This document shows, piece after piece, positions 15,949 through 24,250 of a stretch of 32,000 nt of DNA. The stretch comes from Candidatus Paracaedimonas acanthamoebae (GTDB lineage: Bacteria; Pseudomonadota; Alphaproteobacteria; Caedimonadales; Caedimonadaceae), in assembly GCA_000743035.1 (NCBI GenBank), contig CP008940.1:30001-62000 (forward strand), given 5' to 3'. The position numbers and the translations under genes are program-made. Numbering within the stretch: the stretch's first letter is position 1; each line of letters starts with the position of its first letter. Below the pieces are notes generated by a model that saw nothing but the letters and a program-made list of their open reading frames with translations, did no database searches and was not told where the DNA came from.

Positions 15949-16198
15949 GCTTAGCTTCCTCACGACGCATTTCAAACAATACATCCACTAAACTTTCTTT
16001 AGTAGAATGGTAACGATTTACAGTTTGACGCGCGCTTTCAAGCTTATGCCTGAGAGAAGTGATCACAAGATGTTCATCTTGAATCTCAAGCATAACTTCT
16101 TCACCATCTTTGAGATTTAACTTTTTTCTAAAGAAGGCAGGGATAACAATTTTCCCACCTTTAGATATTTTTGCTCTTGGTATCATTTTACCCTCCAT
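15938..16198 (-). CDS. vapB: AbrB/SpoVT/MazE-fold antitoxin
   Basis: (MEGK)MIPRAKISKGGKIVIPAFFRKKLNLKDGEEVMLEIQDEHLVITS is a swapped-hairpin AbrB-type motif. The ATG at 16186 sits behind GGAGGG and is the likelier start. Confidence 0.75.
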   Translation of the reverse strand: MEGKMIPRAKISKGGKIVIPAFFRKKLNLKDGEEVMLEIQDEHLVITSLRHKLESARQTVNRYHSTKESLVDVLFEMRREEAKHEH

Positions 16199-16207
16199 TT
16201 AATAAAT

Positions 16208-16227
16208 ATATAATAATGTTATTATAT
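16208..16227. promoter_or_regulatory. perfect 9-bp inverted repeat upstream of the AbrB-type antitoxin, candidate operator
   Basis: ATATAATAA-TG-TTATTATAT lies 10 nt upstream of the ORF start. The pure AT composition makes a chance occurrence plausible. Confidence 0.3.
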
Positions 16228-16461
16228 CATAAAACTAATTTATGTAACTTAAATAATTTAGTCCCTAAAAATTTATTAGGTATAATTTGAAATAAAATAC
16301 CCATGAAGCATTTTTATGTCCATATAGAGTATACTCTAACCTGATGTCAGGAAGAGGGACATAACCATGTCAGGAATAAATGAGTTTAAGCATTTATTGA
16401 CAAATGCTCGACAACCTCTTAGATTCTATCCTGACAATTATGGTTCATTTATACGAAAAAG

Positions 16462-17290
16462 GGCCCTGTTGCAAAAAGTTTTGTCTTCGTTCAGAGTTTC
16501 TAAAAATTAGAGGACTATTGGATGAATGATTTTAAGTGGCGTCATTTTCAAGGGGATATTATTCTTGGATGCGTAAGGTGGTATTGTAAATACGGGATCA
16601 GCTATCGGGACCTTGAAGAAATGATGGAAGAAAGAGGCATTACGGTTGATCATACAACTCTTAATAGATGGGTAATCACTTATGCTCCAGAGATTGAGAA
16701 AAGGCTCAGGTGGTATTGGAAACCAGGGCTTGGCTATAGCTGGAGAGTTGATGAAACTTATGTAAAAGTTAAGGGTAAATGGGCTTACCTTTATCGAGCT
16801 CTTGATAAGCGAGGGCGTACTATAGACTTTTATCTTTCATCGACAAGAAATATCAGTGCTGCCAAACGGTTTCTTTCAAAGGCTTTAAGAAAGTTTAAGG
16901 AATGGGAAAAACCAAGTAAAATTAATACAGATAAGGCACCTACTTATGCTGTAGCGATCAAAGAATTAAAGAAGGAAGGACTTTGTCCTCAAGACCTTGA
17001 GCATCGACAGATTAAGTATCTCAATAACCTTATTGAAGCTGATCATGGTAAACTCAAACGACTGATTAAACCAACTCTAGGGTTTAAATCTTTGAAAACA
17101 GCTTATGCAACGATTAAAGGGTTTGAAGTGATGAGGATGTTTAAAAAGGGACAGATGGATCTTTGGAAATATCGCCAAGGACTCAAGGGAGAAATCCGTC
17201 TCGTTAACCGACAATTCAGTGTCTATACTGTTTAATTGAAAACTGCAAAAAGACCTAAATCTGCTCAAATAATATTTTTGCAACAGGGCC
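16462..17290 (+). mobile_element. intact IS6-family (IS26-like) insertion sequence, 829 bp
   Basis: Terminal IRs are GGCCCTGTTGCAAAAA (16462-) and its complement TTTTTGCAACAGGGCC (-17290). Compare the IS26 IR GGCACTGTTGCAAA (from memory). Single 237-aa transposase ORF. The flanking 8-mers CGAAAAAG and TTCCTTTT differ, so there is no target duplication. Confidence 0.85.
16522..17235 (+). CDS. IS6-family DDE transposase
   Basis: MNDFKWRHFQGDIILGCVRWYCKYGISYRDLEEMMEERGITVDHTTLNRWV...WRVDETYVKVKGKWAYLYRALD...INTDKAPTY...NNLIEADHGKLKR is the classic IS6/IS26 Tnp pattern. The 237-aa length fits the family. Confidence 0.9.
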   Translation: MNDFKWRHFQGDIILGCVRWYCKYGISYRDLEEMMEERGITVDHTTLNRWVITYAPEIEKRLRWYWKPGLGYSWRVDETYVKVKGKWAYLYRALDKRGRTIDFYLSSTRNISAAKRFLSKALRKFKEWEKPSKINTDKAPTYAVAIKELKKEGLCPQDLEHRQIKYLNNLIEADHGKLKRLIKPTLGFKSLKTAYATIKGFEVMRMFKKGQMDLWKYRQGLKGEIRLVNRQFSVYTV

Positions 17291-17296
17291 TTCCTT

Positions 17297-18511
17297 TTAA
17301 GGTGCCATGCTTACGTACCTATCAATATACTCATAAAATTCGTTTTTAAATTTATCAAACACTTTATCTAGATTAGAATTACTATTAAGTGCTTCACTAA
17401 AATTACTCCTGATATTGTCAATAATGCTACCCACTTTTCTTTTTGCTACTTCTTTAATTGGAGTTTCCTTGAGGATTGTAGAAATAATCTGATAGCCGTA
17501 TACCTTAAAGCATTTTGATGCACTATTCAGAAAAACTTGTAGAAAATTTCTTTCTTTATTTTCTGCCCAGGCTATAAGAGTTGTACCCATAATATTTTCA
17601 GCAATATTTACACCTATCATTTGGTTATCACATACTTTTTTCTTTTCCTTTATCTTTTGTTGTTTTTCATGGTAAATTGATTCCCACTCAGAAGGATAGT
17701 CTTCTGAATTTTCTTTTTTTAAATTTTTCAATTTTTGAGCTTTTAACTCTAATTTTTTTTGTTGTTTTAGGGTTTCTGATTGCAGATAAATACTTCCTAG
17801 TTGAATGATACCAAGACCACTAGTTAAAAGTGGCTCAAGTCTACCAAAAACGATTGAATCACTTCCACCATAAACTACCTTACTTACACCATTAATCATT
17901 TGGTTATATCGTAACCCATTTTCTACAAAATTTGCTTGACTATTATATCCTAAAATGTCTAAGAAGTGATAAAGACCTGTACCACTACATTGTAGCCACC
18001 AAGTAATACTCTCAACTTTTTTAGCTACGTAGCTTGCTTTACGTAACCCTTTAATTATTCCTGATTCAGGCAAATATTCAGTTAATTCATCTATTGAGTT
18101 TCTAATAAAATCCAGTTCCTGTTTTGCTTCAAGGTTTCCACTATCTTTAGACATAATAAGATACTTCATTCCCTCTTCTGCAGATTTTTCTAAGTATTTT
18201 CCCTCCAAATAGAAATGAGCCAAGATATAAGCAGCACGATGATGACCTGAGTGAGCTGCTAGCTTAAAATATTCTATTGCCTCTTGCATTTGTTCTTCAT
18301 CTTGTAGAGCGACAGCTTTTATATAATAATACTTAGGGGTTTCAACCTGAAAATTGAGTGTTTCTTCATCTAATACGGAATTTATGGTTCTATAGGCCAC
18401 AATTTCACTATTACCCTCTCTTTCAAGCTCACTTTCTAAAGGATTGCTTGCCATCCCTTGGTATACATAAATAAATTTTATAATAGTCAGCATTAAGTAT
18501 TTCAATTTCAT
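17297..18511 (-). CDS. Sel1-repeat protein with N-terminal hydrophobic segment and unknown C-terminal half
   Basis: Sel1-like unit MQEAIEYFKLAAHSGHHRAAYILAHFYLEGKYLEKSAEEGMKYLIMSKDSGN. N-terminal hydrophobic segment MKLKYLMLTIIKFIYVYQG. A Lys-rich coiled segment lies mid-protein. Confidence 0.55.
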   Translation of the reverse strand: MKLKYLMLTIIKFIYVYQGMASNPLESELEREGNSEIVAYRTINSVLDEETLNFQVETPKYYYIKAVALQDEEQMQEAIEYFKLAAHSGHHRAAYILAHFYLEGKYLEKSAEEGMKYLIMSKDSGNLEAKQELDFIRNSIDELTEYLPESGIIKGLRKASYVAKKVESITWWLQCSGTGLYHFLDILGYNSQANFVENGLRYNQMINGVSKVVYGGSDSIVFGRLEPLLTSGLGIIQLGSIYLQSETLKQQKKLELKAQKLKNLKKENSEDYPSEWESIYHEKQQKIKEKKKVCDNQMIGVNIAENIMGTTLIAWAENKERNFLQVFLNSASKCFKVYGYQIISTILKETPIKEVAKRKVGSIIDNIRSNFSEALNSNSNLDKVFDKFKNEFYEYIDRYVSMAP

Positions 18512-18682
18512 GTATTCCTCCTTAAATCTAAGATAAATAAGAGAAGCTTAATGATGCTTCTTAATCAGGCATGCGCCTTATTAGTATCAAACTACGGAAA
18601 AAATTGAAAAGAACCCATAAGTAGAATTCACTTGATTGCTCATTTTAAGTAGATTTTACTTAAGGTAACCCGAGTTAATGGG

Positions 18683-20072
18683 ATGGACCTGCCCGTTATT
18701 CTCATATGATATGAGAAACGGCATCAAGGTGCCAAAAGTTCAAGTAAGATGAACTTTAATCACTTAACAGGAGGTCCACATGGAAATAAAAGCATTAGGA
18801 ATTGATCTTGGCAAGAACTGGTTTCAGCTACATGGAGTTGATAAGAGAGGCAAAGCTGTCTTTCAAAAAAAGGTGAACAGAGAAAAGCTTCCTTTACTTA
18901 TTGCGAATCTTCCTAGATGCATGATTGGAATGGAAGCTTGTGCAGGAGCCCATTTTTGGGCTCGTAAGTTTCAAGAGATGGGACATGAAGTAAAGCTGAT
19001 TGCTCCTCAATTTGTTAAGCCTTACGTAAAAGGGAATAAGCATGATCAAGCAGATGCGGCCGCTATATGTGAAGCAATGAGCCGTCCTCATATGAGATTT
19101 GTTCCTATAAAATCTTTGGCACAACAGGAGATTTTAGCTATTCATCGCGTTCGCACCCGCCTTGTGCAAGCCAAGACCTCTCTTGTAAATGAGATTCGAG
19201 GATTACTTTTAGAGCAAGGGATTACAATCTCTCAAGGTATTATCAAGTTTGAACAATCTTTGACAGACTTATTAGATCCTGAGATTGAGGAACTTTCTCC
19301 TCATTTTAAGGAGTTTTTAGGGGAGCTCGTTAAAGAATTTAAGTTCATTAAAGAAAAGATAGAGAGATTTGAAGAACACCTCCAACAGCTTGGAAAAGAA
19401 AATACTGCTGTGAAAAGATTAATGACAATTCCTGGAATAGGTCCGATAGGGGCCTCTGCTTTAGTCGCATCAATTGGGGATATCCGACAGTTTAAGAATG
19501 GTAGAGAAGTATCAGCATGGCTTGGCCTTGTTCCAAAGCAACATTCAACAGGAGGTAAACCTCGGCTTTTAGGAATTAGCAAAAGAGGAGACATGTATTT
19601 AAGGACGCTTCTTATTCATGGTGCTAGATCTGTTATAAGCTGGGCTATGCGGCGCAGAAATCCAGTCTCTTCTCTTGAAAAATGGTGTTTAGGATTGATT
19701 GAAAGGCGAGGCTTGAATCGAGCAACAGTTGCACTTGCCAATAAAATTGGGCGAATGATTTGGGCTCTCCTTGCGAAAGAAGAAGATTATAAGATGTATG
19801 CAATTGCATAACTGAAAGAGTTTAGTTCTGAAGAGAGGTCGTAGAGAAGAAAGATTGATGGCAATAATTGGTCAAACCACCTTGAGGAAAAATCCGTTTA
19901 AACGTAAGGCTTTTAGAAGCCGTCGAGTTGATTGGGATTCTTTAAGGGCGGATTCCCATCATGGCTAAAGGTAGAAATACTTTACTAATAAGCCGTATAC
20001 ATGACTGCAACCAATTTACTCTCTTATCAATTTTATTCTTCAAGAAGGCCTTGACTCAGGCGGCAGGTCCAT
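18683..20072 (+). mobile_element. IS110-family element of the IS1111 type (sub-terminal inverted repeats)
   Basis: An 11-bp perfect inverted repeat, ATGGACCTGCC (18683-18693) and GGCAGGTCCAT (20062-20072), brackets the 343-aa transposase ORF. An 8-mer TTAAGGTA occurs just outside on both sides (18660-18667 and 20081-20088). Confidence 0.65.
18780..19811 (+). CDS. IS110-family (DEDD) transposase
   Basis: MEIKALGIDLGKNWFQLHGVD...IGMEACAGAHFWARKF...NKHDQADAAAICEA...IPGIGPIGASALVASIGD...GGKPRLLGISKRGDMYLRTLLIHGARS...VALANKIGRMIWALL are diagnostic IS110-family motifs. Confidence 0.9.
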   Translation: MEIKALGIDLGKNWFQLHGVDKRGKAVFQKKVNREKLPLLIANLPRCMIGMEACAGAHFWARKFQEMGHEVKLIAPQFVKPYVKGNKHDQADAAAICEAMSRPHMRFVPIKSLAQQEILAIHRVRTRLVQAKTSLVNEIRGLLLEQGITISQGIIKFEQSLTDLLDPEIEELSPHFKEFLGELVKEFKFIKEKIERFEEHLQQLGKENTAVKRLMTIPGIGPIGASALVASIGDIRQFKNGREVSAWLGLVPKQHSTGGKPRLLGISKRGDMYLRTLLIHGARSVISWAMRRRNPVSSLEKWCLGLIERRGLNRATVALANKIGRMIWALLAKEEDYKMYAIA

Positions 20073-20138
20073 ACATGCGTTTAAGGTATGAAATTTGTGA
20101 TACCGTGCAGAGATAGTTTATCAGGTTGTGTTGCAACT

Positions 20139-20340
20139 TAGGGTACCAGGAAGATTTGAGCGAAAATACACGGTAAGAAAAATAATTTAAAGAAATCAAT
20201 AACATAAAAATTGAATAAAACAGTAAGATTTAGTTAAAGTTTGCACCTTTTTCTTTTTTACTTTCTCAATAAATTCAATATATTAGGATTATAATTCATC
20301 GCTTATCGGATATTTACGGCCAAATCTTCCTGGTACCCTA
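20139..20340. mobile_element. 202-bp MITE-like element with 20-bp perfect terminal inverted repeats (TA at both extremities)
   Basis: TAGGGTACCAGGAAGATTTG (20139-20158) and CAAATCTTCCTGGTACCCTA (20321-20340) are exact reverse complements around a 162-bp AT-rich non-coding core. The right end interrupts the IS110 remnant reading frame. Confidence 0.6.
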
Positions 20341-20471
20341 ATAACCATAGGCTTCTTCCCTTGATTTTTGAGTCGGTCTGCAAATTCTTTAATAAGAGGG
20401 TTTGACCGAATCGCTGTCAAAGCGGGAAAGAATAAAAGCTTACGTAAACGGCTTGAACCAACCTTTGACAA
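20341..20471 (-). pseudogene. IS110-family transposase C-terminal scrap
   Basis: GSSRLRKLLFFPALTAIRSNPLIKEFADRLKNQGKKPMVI matches the conserved IS110 C-terminal region (compare GGRVQIRKALYMSIISAKEFNSYIKSFFTRLTTQAKKPFKI in the 11665-12615 copy). It is truncated at both ends. The track ORF tail (RVPGRFGRKYPISDEL) is MITE sequence. Confidence 0.65.
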
Positions 20472-20497
20472 CTACAATAATATAAGAGGAACTAATC

Positions 20498-20887
20498 TTG
20501 TCCCAAAAAGGATTGGACGTACACATTAGGCCTTATAGTAACTATCATTTAGTGGAACTTGAAGTCGCGTGTAATTATACCCCAACCTTTATTACAGCTG
20601 CAAAAAGTGCATTAAGCAAAATTTATAAACCTTATTTATCTTACAAAAAAGCTGGAGTGTGTTTATTAGAGCTTTCAGATCCAGAAAGCTTTCAGCCGTC
20701 CTTTTTTAAAGCTTCTTTACCTCGTCAAGAGCAGCTTATGCAAACACTTGATACTTTAAACAAAAGGTATGGAAAAAGAACAGTGAGTTATGGAGCTATA
20801 AAACAAGCAGCGCATACGATTACCCAAAGGCAGTTCCTGTCACCTCATTACACAACTGAATGGAAGGACTTGCCCAAAGTAAAATAA
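20498..20887 (+). pseudogene. umuC: 3' remnant of umuC (Y-family DNA polymerase V catalytic subunit), last ~129 codons only
   Basis: YKKAGVCLLELSD...QEQLMQTLDTLNKRYGKRTV...FLSPHYTTEWKDLPKVK aligns with the E. coli UmuC C-terminus (YQKAGVMLGDF...EQLMTVMDTLN...MLSPRYTTRSSDLLRVK, from memory). No polymerase core lies upstream, and the 'start' is TTG. Confidence 0.75.
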
Positions 20888-20901
20888 TTTACAAAATTAG
20901 C

Positions 20902-21876
20902 CTAGTTAAGCAATTGGGAAAGATCTTCTTCGCTTAGGCTGGTTATTTCCTTGATAGTTTGCATATCAAGCCCCTTTTGAAGCATAGAACGAGCAATCTC
21001 AAATCGGCCTTTTTCTAAGCCCTCTTGAAGCCCTTCTTGCTTACCTTGTTGTAAGCCTTGCTGCATACCTTCTTGTTTCCATTTTTCTGCAAGTGTCATA
21101 ATGTTTTCCTCGTCTATGCTGGTGAGACCTTTTCTAATGATCTCTCTAAATTCTTCTTCATCCTGTATATCAGCAGCTTCTGCAATATATTTAAGATGAA
21201 CTGTTATATATTGCTTAATATACTCTTTTTCTTCTCTGACTTCAATATTATGGAGTAATTCTACAACAATCTTAAGAGTTGGAAGAATATTCGGGTCTTT
21301 GATGTGCTTGGCAATGAGCGCTGAGGCTCCAAACCAAAAGAAACTCTTGAGCTCTTCATCTGAAGCTGTTGCAAGGTCAAACAGCTGAACAGGATTAGTC
21401 ATAATCTGTCTTGCAATCTCTTTATTCTCTTCAAAAAGGTCAAAAAGGTCTGTTGAACAAGCATAAGGTTTTTGCCCCTGGTGGAGGATTATTGGATACA
21501 CAAGAGGAAGCTTAGTTTCGCCTGTTTTCTTAAGGTGGTTATCAATAATGGACGTCATATACTTCAGCATCCGGTAAGGCAGAAACTTATCAGGACGCGA
21601 AGAATGTTCTATAAGGGTGTACAAAAATCCCTCTTGATTATTAAACTTGGCGGAGAAAAGAATGTCTGTCACTTGAAGCTTTAATTCATCAGTGACAAAG
21701 GATCCTTTTTGAGGCTCAATTGAATTAAGATCAATAATAGATTTAATGTTCTCAGGCAGAGTGGCTTCAAAGAATTCTTTAACAACTTGGGGATTTGTGA
21801 ATACTGCGCGCAAAAATCTGTCATGCAAGCTTAGCTTACTTGATTTTGGTTTTTTAATCCCTGAATTATCGCTCAT
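20902..21876 (-). CDS. Rpn-family (YhgA-like, PD-(D/E)XK) recombination-promoting nuclease/putative transposase
   Basis: HDRFLRAVFTNPQVVKEFFEATLP...VTDILFSAKFNNQEGFLYTLIEHSSRPDKFLPYRMLKYM, with the typical EGMQQGLQQGKQEGLQEGLEKG C-terminal repeat. ATG at 21876 (RBS GAGAGG) is preferred over the track TTG at 21891. Confidence 0.75.
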   Translation of the reverse strand: MSDNSGIKKPKSSKLSLHDRFLRAVFTNPQVVKEFFEATLPENIKSIIDLNSIEPQKGSFVTDELKLQVTDILFSAKFNNQEGFLYTLIEHSSRPDKFLPYRMLKYMTSIIDNHLKKTGETKLPLVYPIILHQGQKPYACSTDLFDLFEENKEIARQIMTNPVQLFDLATASDEELKSFFWFGASALIAKHIKDPNILPTLKIVVELLHNIEVREEKEYIKQYITVHLKYIAEAADIQDEEEFREIIRKGLTSIDEENIMTLAEKWKQEGMQQGLQQGKQEGLQEGLEKGRFEIARSMLQKGLDMQTIKEITSLSEEDLSQLLN

Positions 21877-21942
21877 AGTATTGCCTCTCAAGTGGTGACT
21901 TACACTATCATTATTTTAGAGGGAAGTCTGCTGTATGTGCAT

Positions 21943-22452
21943 TTAGTTTTGTGGCTTCACCTTTCTTTTTTTAGCCTCAATTGCTCTTGTTATAAGGTGG
22001 AGTCTTTCTTGAGCATAAGCTTTATGTTGAGGAGTGATTTCTTCAACCTCTTGTCCTTTAAGATCAAAGCGGTGCGTTCCTTTCATCACAGCTTTTAGGT
22101 AGTGTGTATTCTTGGTATAGTAAGTGATTGCTTGCCTTATCTTCATTTTGGTAACTTTATGATCTGATGAAAGATCTTTAAAGATGTCTTCTTCAATCTT
22201 AAGCTTTAGAGGCTTTGAATATTTTTGGTTAAAACATTCAGGATAAGTGATCAACAACCATTGAACAGCTGCTTTAATCTCTTCTGATTTCTTGAGCTTA
22301 GCTTGATGTTCCATTTTCTTTTGTTCTTTCAGTGAGGGTTTATTCTTTTCTTGAACAGTCCCTTTTTTGCTGTCTTTTACCATTTGATGGATTTGAGCTT
22401 CTTTAGCTAAGCTCAAGGGCTTTTTGAGGGTAAGTTTGGGACGTTCTGACAT
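21943..22452 (-). CDS. ProQ/FinO-family RNA-binding protein
   Basis: AVQWLLITYPECFNQKYSKPLKLKIEEDIFKDL...KIRQAITYYTKNTHYLKAVMKGTHRFDLKGQEVEEITPQHKAYAQERL fits the ProQ/FinO domain pattern (FP.cF...PLk.GI..dl...lr.al..Y..s..YL.a...g..R.dL.G). The N-terminus is basic. Confidence 0.7.
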   Translation of the reverse strand: MSERPKLTLKKPLSLAKEAQIHQMVKDSKKGTVQEKNKPSLKEQKKMEHQAKLKKSEEIKAAVQWLLITYPECFNQKYSKPLKLKIEEDIFKDLSSDHKVTKMKIRQAITYYTKNTHYLKAVMKGTHRFDLKGQEVEEITPQHKAYAQERLHLITRAIEAKKRKVKPQN

Positions 22453-22660
22453 GGTATTTAGTTCCTTAAAAAATTAACCCTAAAACTATTCACAGTTTCT
22501 GAGGATAAAGTTGTTGATTAATCTCTCTTAAGCTTGAGTTTATAAGATGTTTCCAGCATTGCCTAAGAAGTAAGCATAAAGATTTGCATAGCATTCCTCA
22601 AGAATGTTTAAAAATTATCAGGCACTTGAATAAATAAAGTAAGTTCATTATTTATGAGTT

Positions 22661-23746
22661 ATGGCTATATTTCATTTTCAAGCGGGGTATACATCTAGAA
22701 GCGGCAGTAAATCTGTCTGTGCACATGCAGCTTATATTGCAGGGCTAGTTCTAGAGGATGATCGTACAGGCCAAATATGGGATTACTCAAAAAGACAGAA
22801 AAGCTCTATATTTTCAACCATATTAGCTCCATCAGGAACACCAGAATGGGTTTATGATGCTCAGAAACTGTGGAATGCTGCTGAGTCTTTTGAAGACAAT
22901 ATTGCTCACCAAAGGTTTAAGGGACATAAAGATCCCGTGAAAAATCAAAAAAGCCTTGCTGCAAAAGAAAAATTTCTTATGACTTGCAAGACAAGCTACA
23001 CAGTCATGTTTGGGCTCCCAATTGAAATTGAAGACAGAGAGCATCAAAAAGAACTTGCTCAACGACTAGTTCAAGCGTGCTATGTTGATTATGACCTTAT
23101 AGCTCAATATGTTATTCGTGATAAGGGAGATAATCCTTGCCTTCACGCAATTATCACCACCAGACCACTGCTTGAGAATGGCACATTCTCAAAGAAGCGT
23201 TTTGTTATTGATAAACGAAAACTGTTTGAAATACGAGCAGAGGTTGCGAGAATTGCAAATATGTTTGGCCAAGAGAAGGGTTATAATTATAACCTTGATC
23301 CACGCTCGTATAAAGAGCAAGGCATCAACCTTATACCAACAAGAAAAGTTGGTATTAAAATGAAGTCCCCAAGCTATCAACGGAAGTTGCTTGAGAATGA
23401 GGATATCAAACGCCAGAATATTGAAATGATCCTCACACATCCAGAAGAAATTATTAAGGTTGTCATCTCCGGTAAGAAATCTTTTACCCAAGAAGATATA
23501 ATAGCTGAAATCTCTAAGCACTTAGGTGAAGACGCGCAATACTATGCAATCATGAAAGCAAAAATAGAAGGGCAGGACATGACCGATATTATGAATGAGA
23601 TTTACTCTTCTGGTCTTTCAGCAATAAACAAAGAAGAATCTTTAAGCATTCTTGAGAGTTTCTCTGCGCAAATATTATCTCATGAGATGCTCATTAGTAT
23701 AGGAGAGAATAGTAAGGGAGAAACTCTTTACAAGTTTAAAGGTTAA
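22661..23746 (+). CDS. MobA/MobL-type relaxase-domain-only paralogue of TraA (361 aa) with degenerate His triad
   Basis: MAIFHFQAGYTSRSGSKSVCAHAAYIAG parallels TraA MAIYYADTSYISRNGAGSVCSHSAYISA and RSF1010 MobA MAIYH (from memory). It is colinear with TraA aa 1-~360 and then stops. The metal-binding motif reads IRDKGDNPCLH versus IHDKKGNPHLH in TraA. Confidence 0.8.
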   Translation: MAIFHFQAGYTSRSGSKSVCAHAAYIAGLVLEDDRTGQIWDYSKRQKSSIFSTILAPSGTPEWVYDAQKLWNAAESFEDNIAHQRFKGHKDPVKNQKSLAAKEKFLMTCKTSYTVMFGLPIEIEDREHQKELAQRLVQACYVDYDLIAQYVIRDKGDNPCLHAIITTRPLLENGTFSKKRFVIDKRKLFEIRAEVARIANMFGQEKGYNYNLDPRSYKEQGINLIPTRKVGIKMKSPSYQRKLLENEDIKRQNIEMILTHPEEIIKVVISGKKSFTQEDIIAEISKHLGEDAQYYAIMKAKIEGQDMTDIMNEIYSSGLSAINKEESLSILESFSAQILSHEMLISIGENSKGETLYKFKG

Positions 23747-23888
23747 GAGGCAAGATTTGTTATTTGAGAAGATCAACAAAACTTGCGTCTAAATTTTCTT
23801 CTACTAATCTATAGTCGCACCCAATCCGATTCTTGGCTTTGAGCCTTTTATTTAAAAGAAATATTTTCTCTCGCGTGCTTTGTGACCA

Positions 23889-23957
23889 ATTCTTCCATAT
23901 GAAACCCAAATAACCCAATCTTTGAAAAGACTTTGGGTTATCTGAATATGGAAGAAT
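23889..23957. terminator. long imperfect hairpin between convergent genes, possible bidirectional terminator
   Basis: ATTCTTCCATAT (23889-23900) pairs with ATATGGAAGAAT (23946-23957). The inner stem ATAACCCAA (23910-23918) pairs with TTGGGTTAT (23933-23941). There is no clear U-tract. Confidence 0.3.
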
Positions 23958-24009
23958 CTATGGATCTTTAGCGAGTAATTTTCAGCTTTAAGATAAACTT
24001 AAGCATACA

Positions 24010-24237
24010 TTATGCAGTTTTCTGTAACTTTAAAGATTTAAGCTGTTTCAAAGACAATTGAGGATTATACGGATTAATGGGATAAAGTTGTTTATGGACA
24101 AAAACAACATTGCTTTGTTTAAAAGCTCCAAAAGTACGTGCAATTTCGAGCGCTTTTGTTATCGGATCACTCGATGAATCAAGAGATCTTTGAATCAACT
24201 GATTGAGTTTTTCAAACTTATTTTGAGAAGGATTCAT
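24010..24237 (-). CDS. hypothetical 75-aa protein downstream of traD
   Basis: ATG start and same strand as traC/traD, 13 nt after the traD stop. No recognisable motif. Confidence 0.35.
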   Translation of the reverse strand: MNPSQNKFEKLNQLIQRSLDSSSDPITKALEIARTFGAFKQSNVVFVHKQLYPINPYNPQLSLKQLKSLKLQKTA

Positions 24238-24250
24238 GAGTTTTCTCCCT

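Noticed and set aside
16344-16513. Three copies of TGTCAGGA (16346-16353, 16369-16376, inverted at 16428-16435) as a regulatory array, and a 47-codon ORF (16367-16510)
   Set aside because: The 8-mers are too short to rule out chance. The ORF is a 5' gene stub whose last 16 codons are IS6 sequence, so it is not a functional gene. It is mentioned only as evidence of IS6 insertion.
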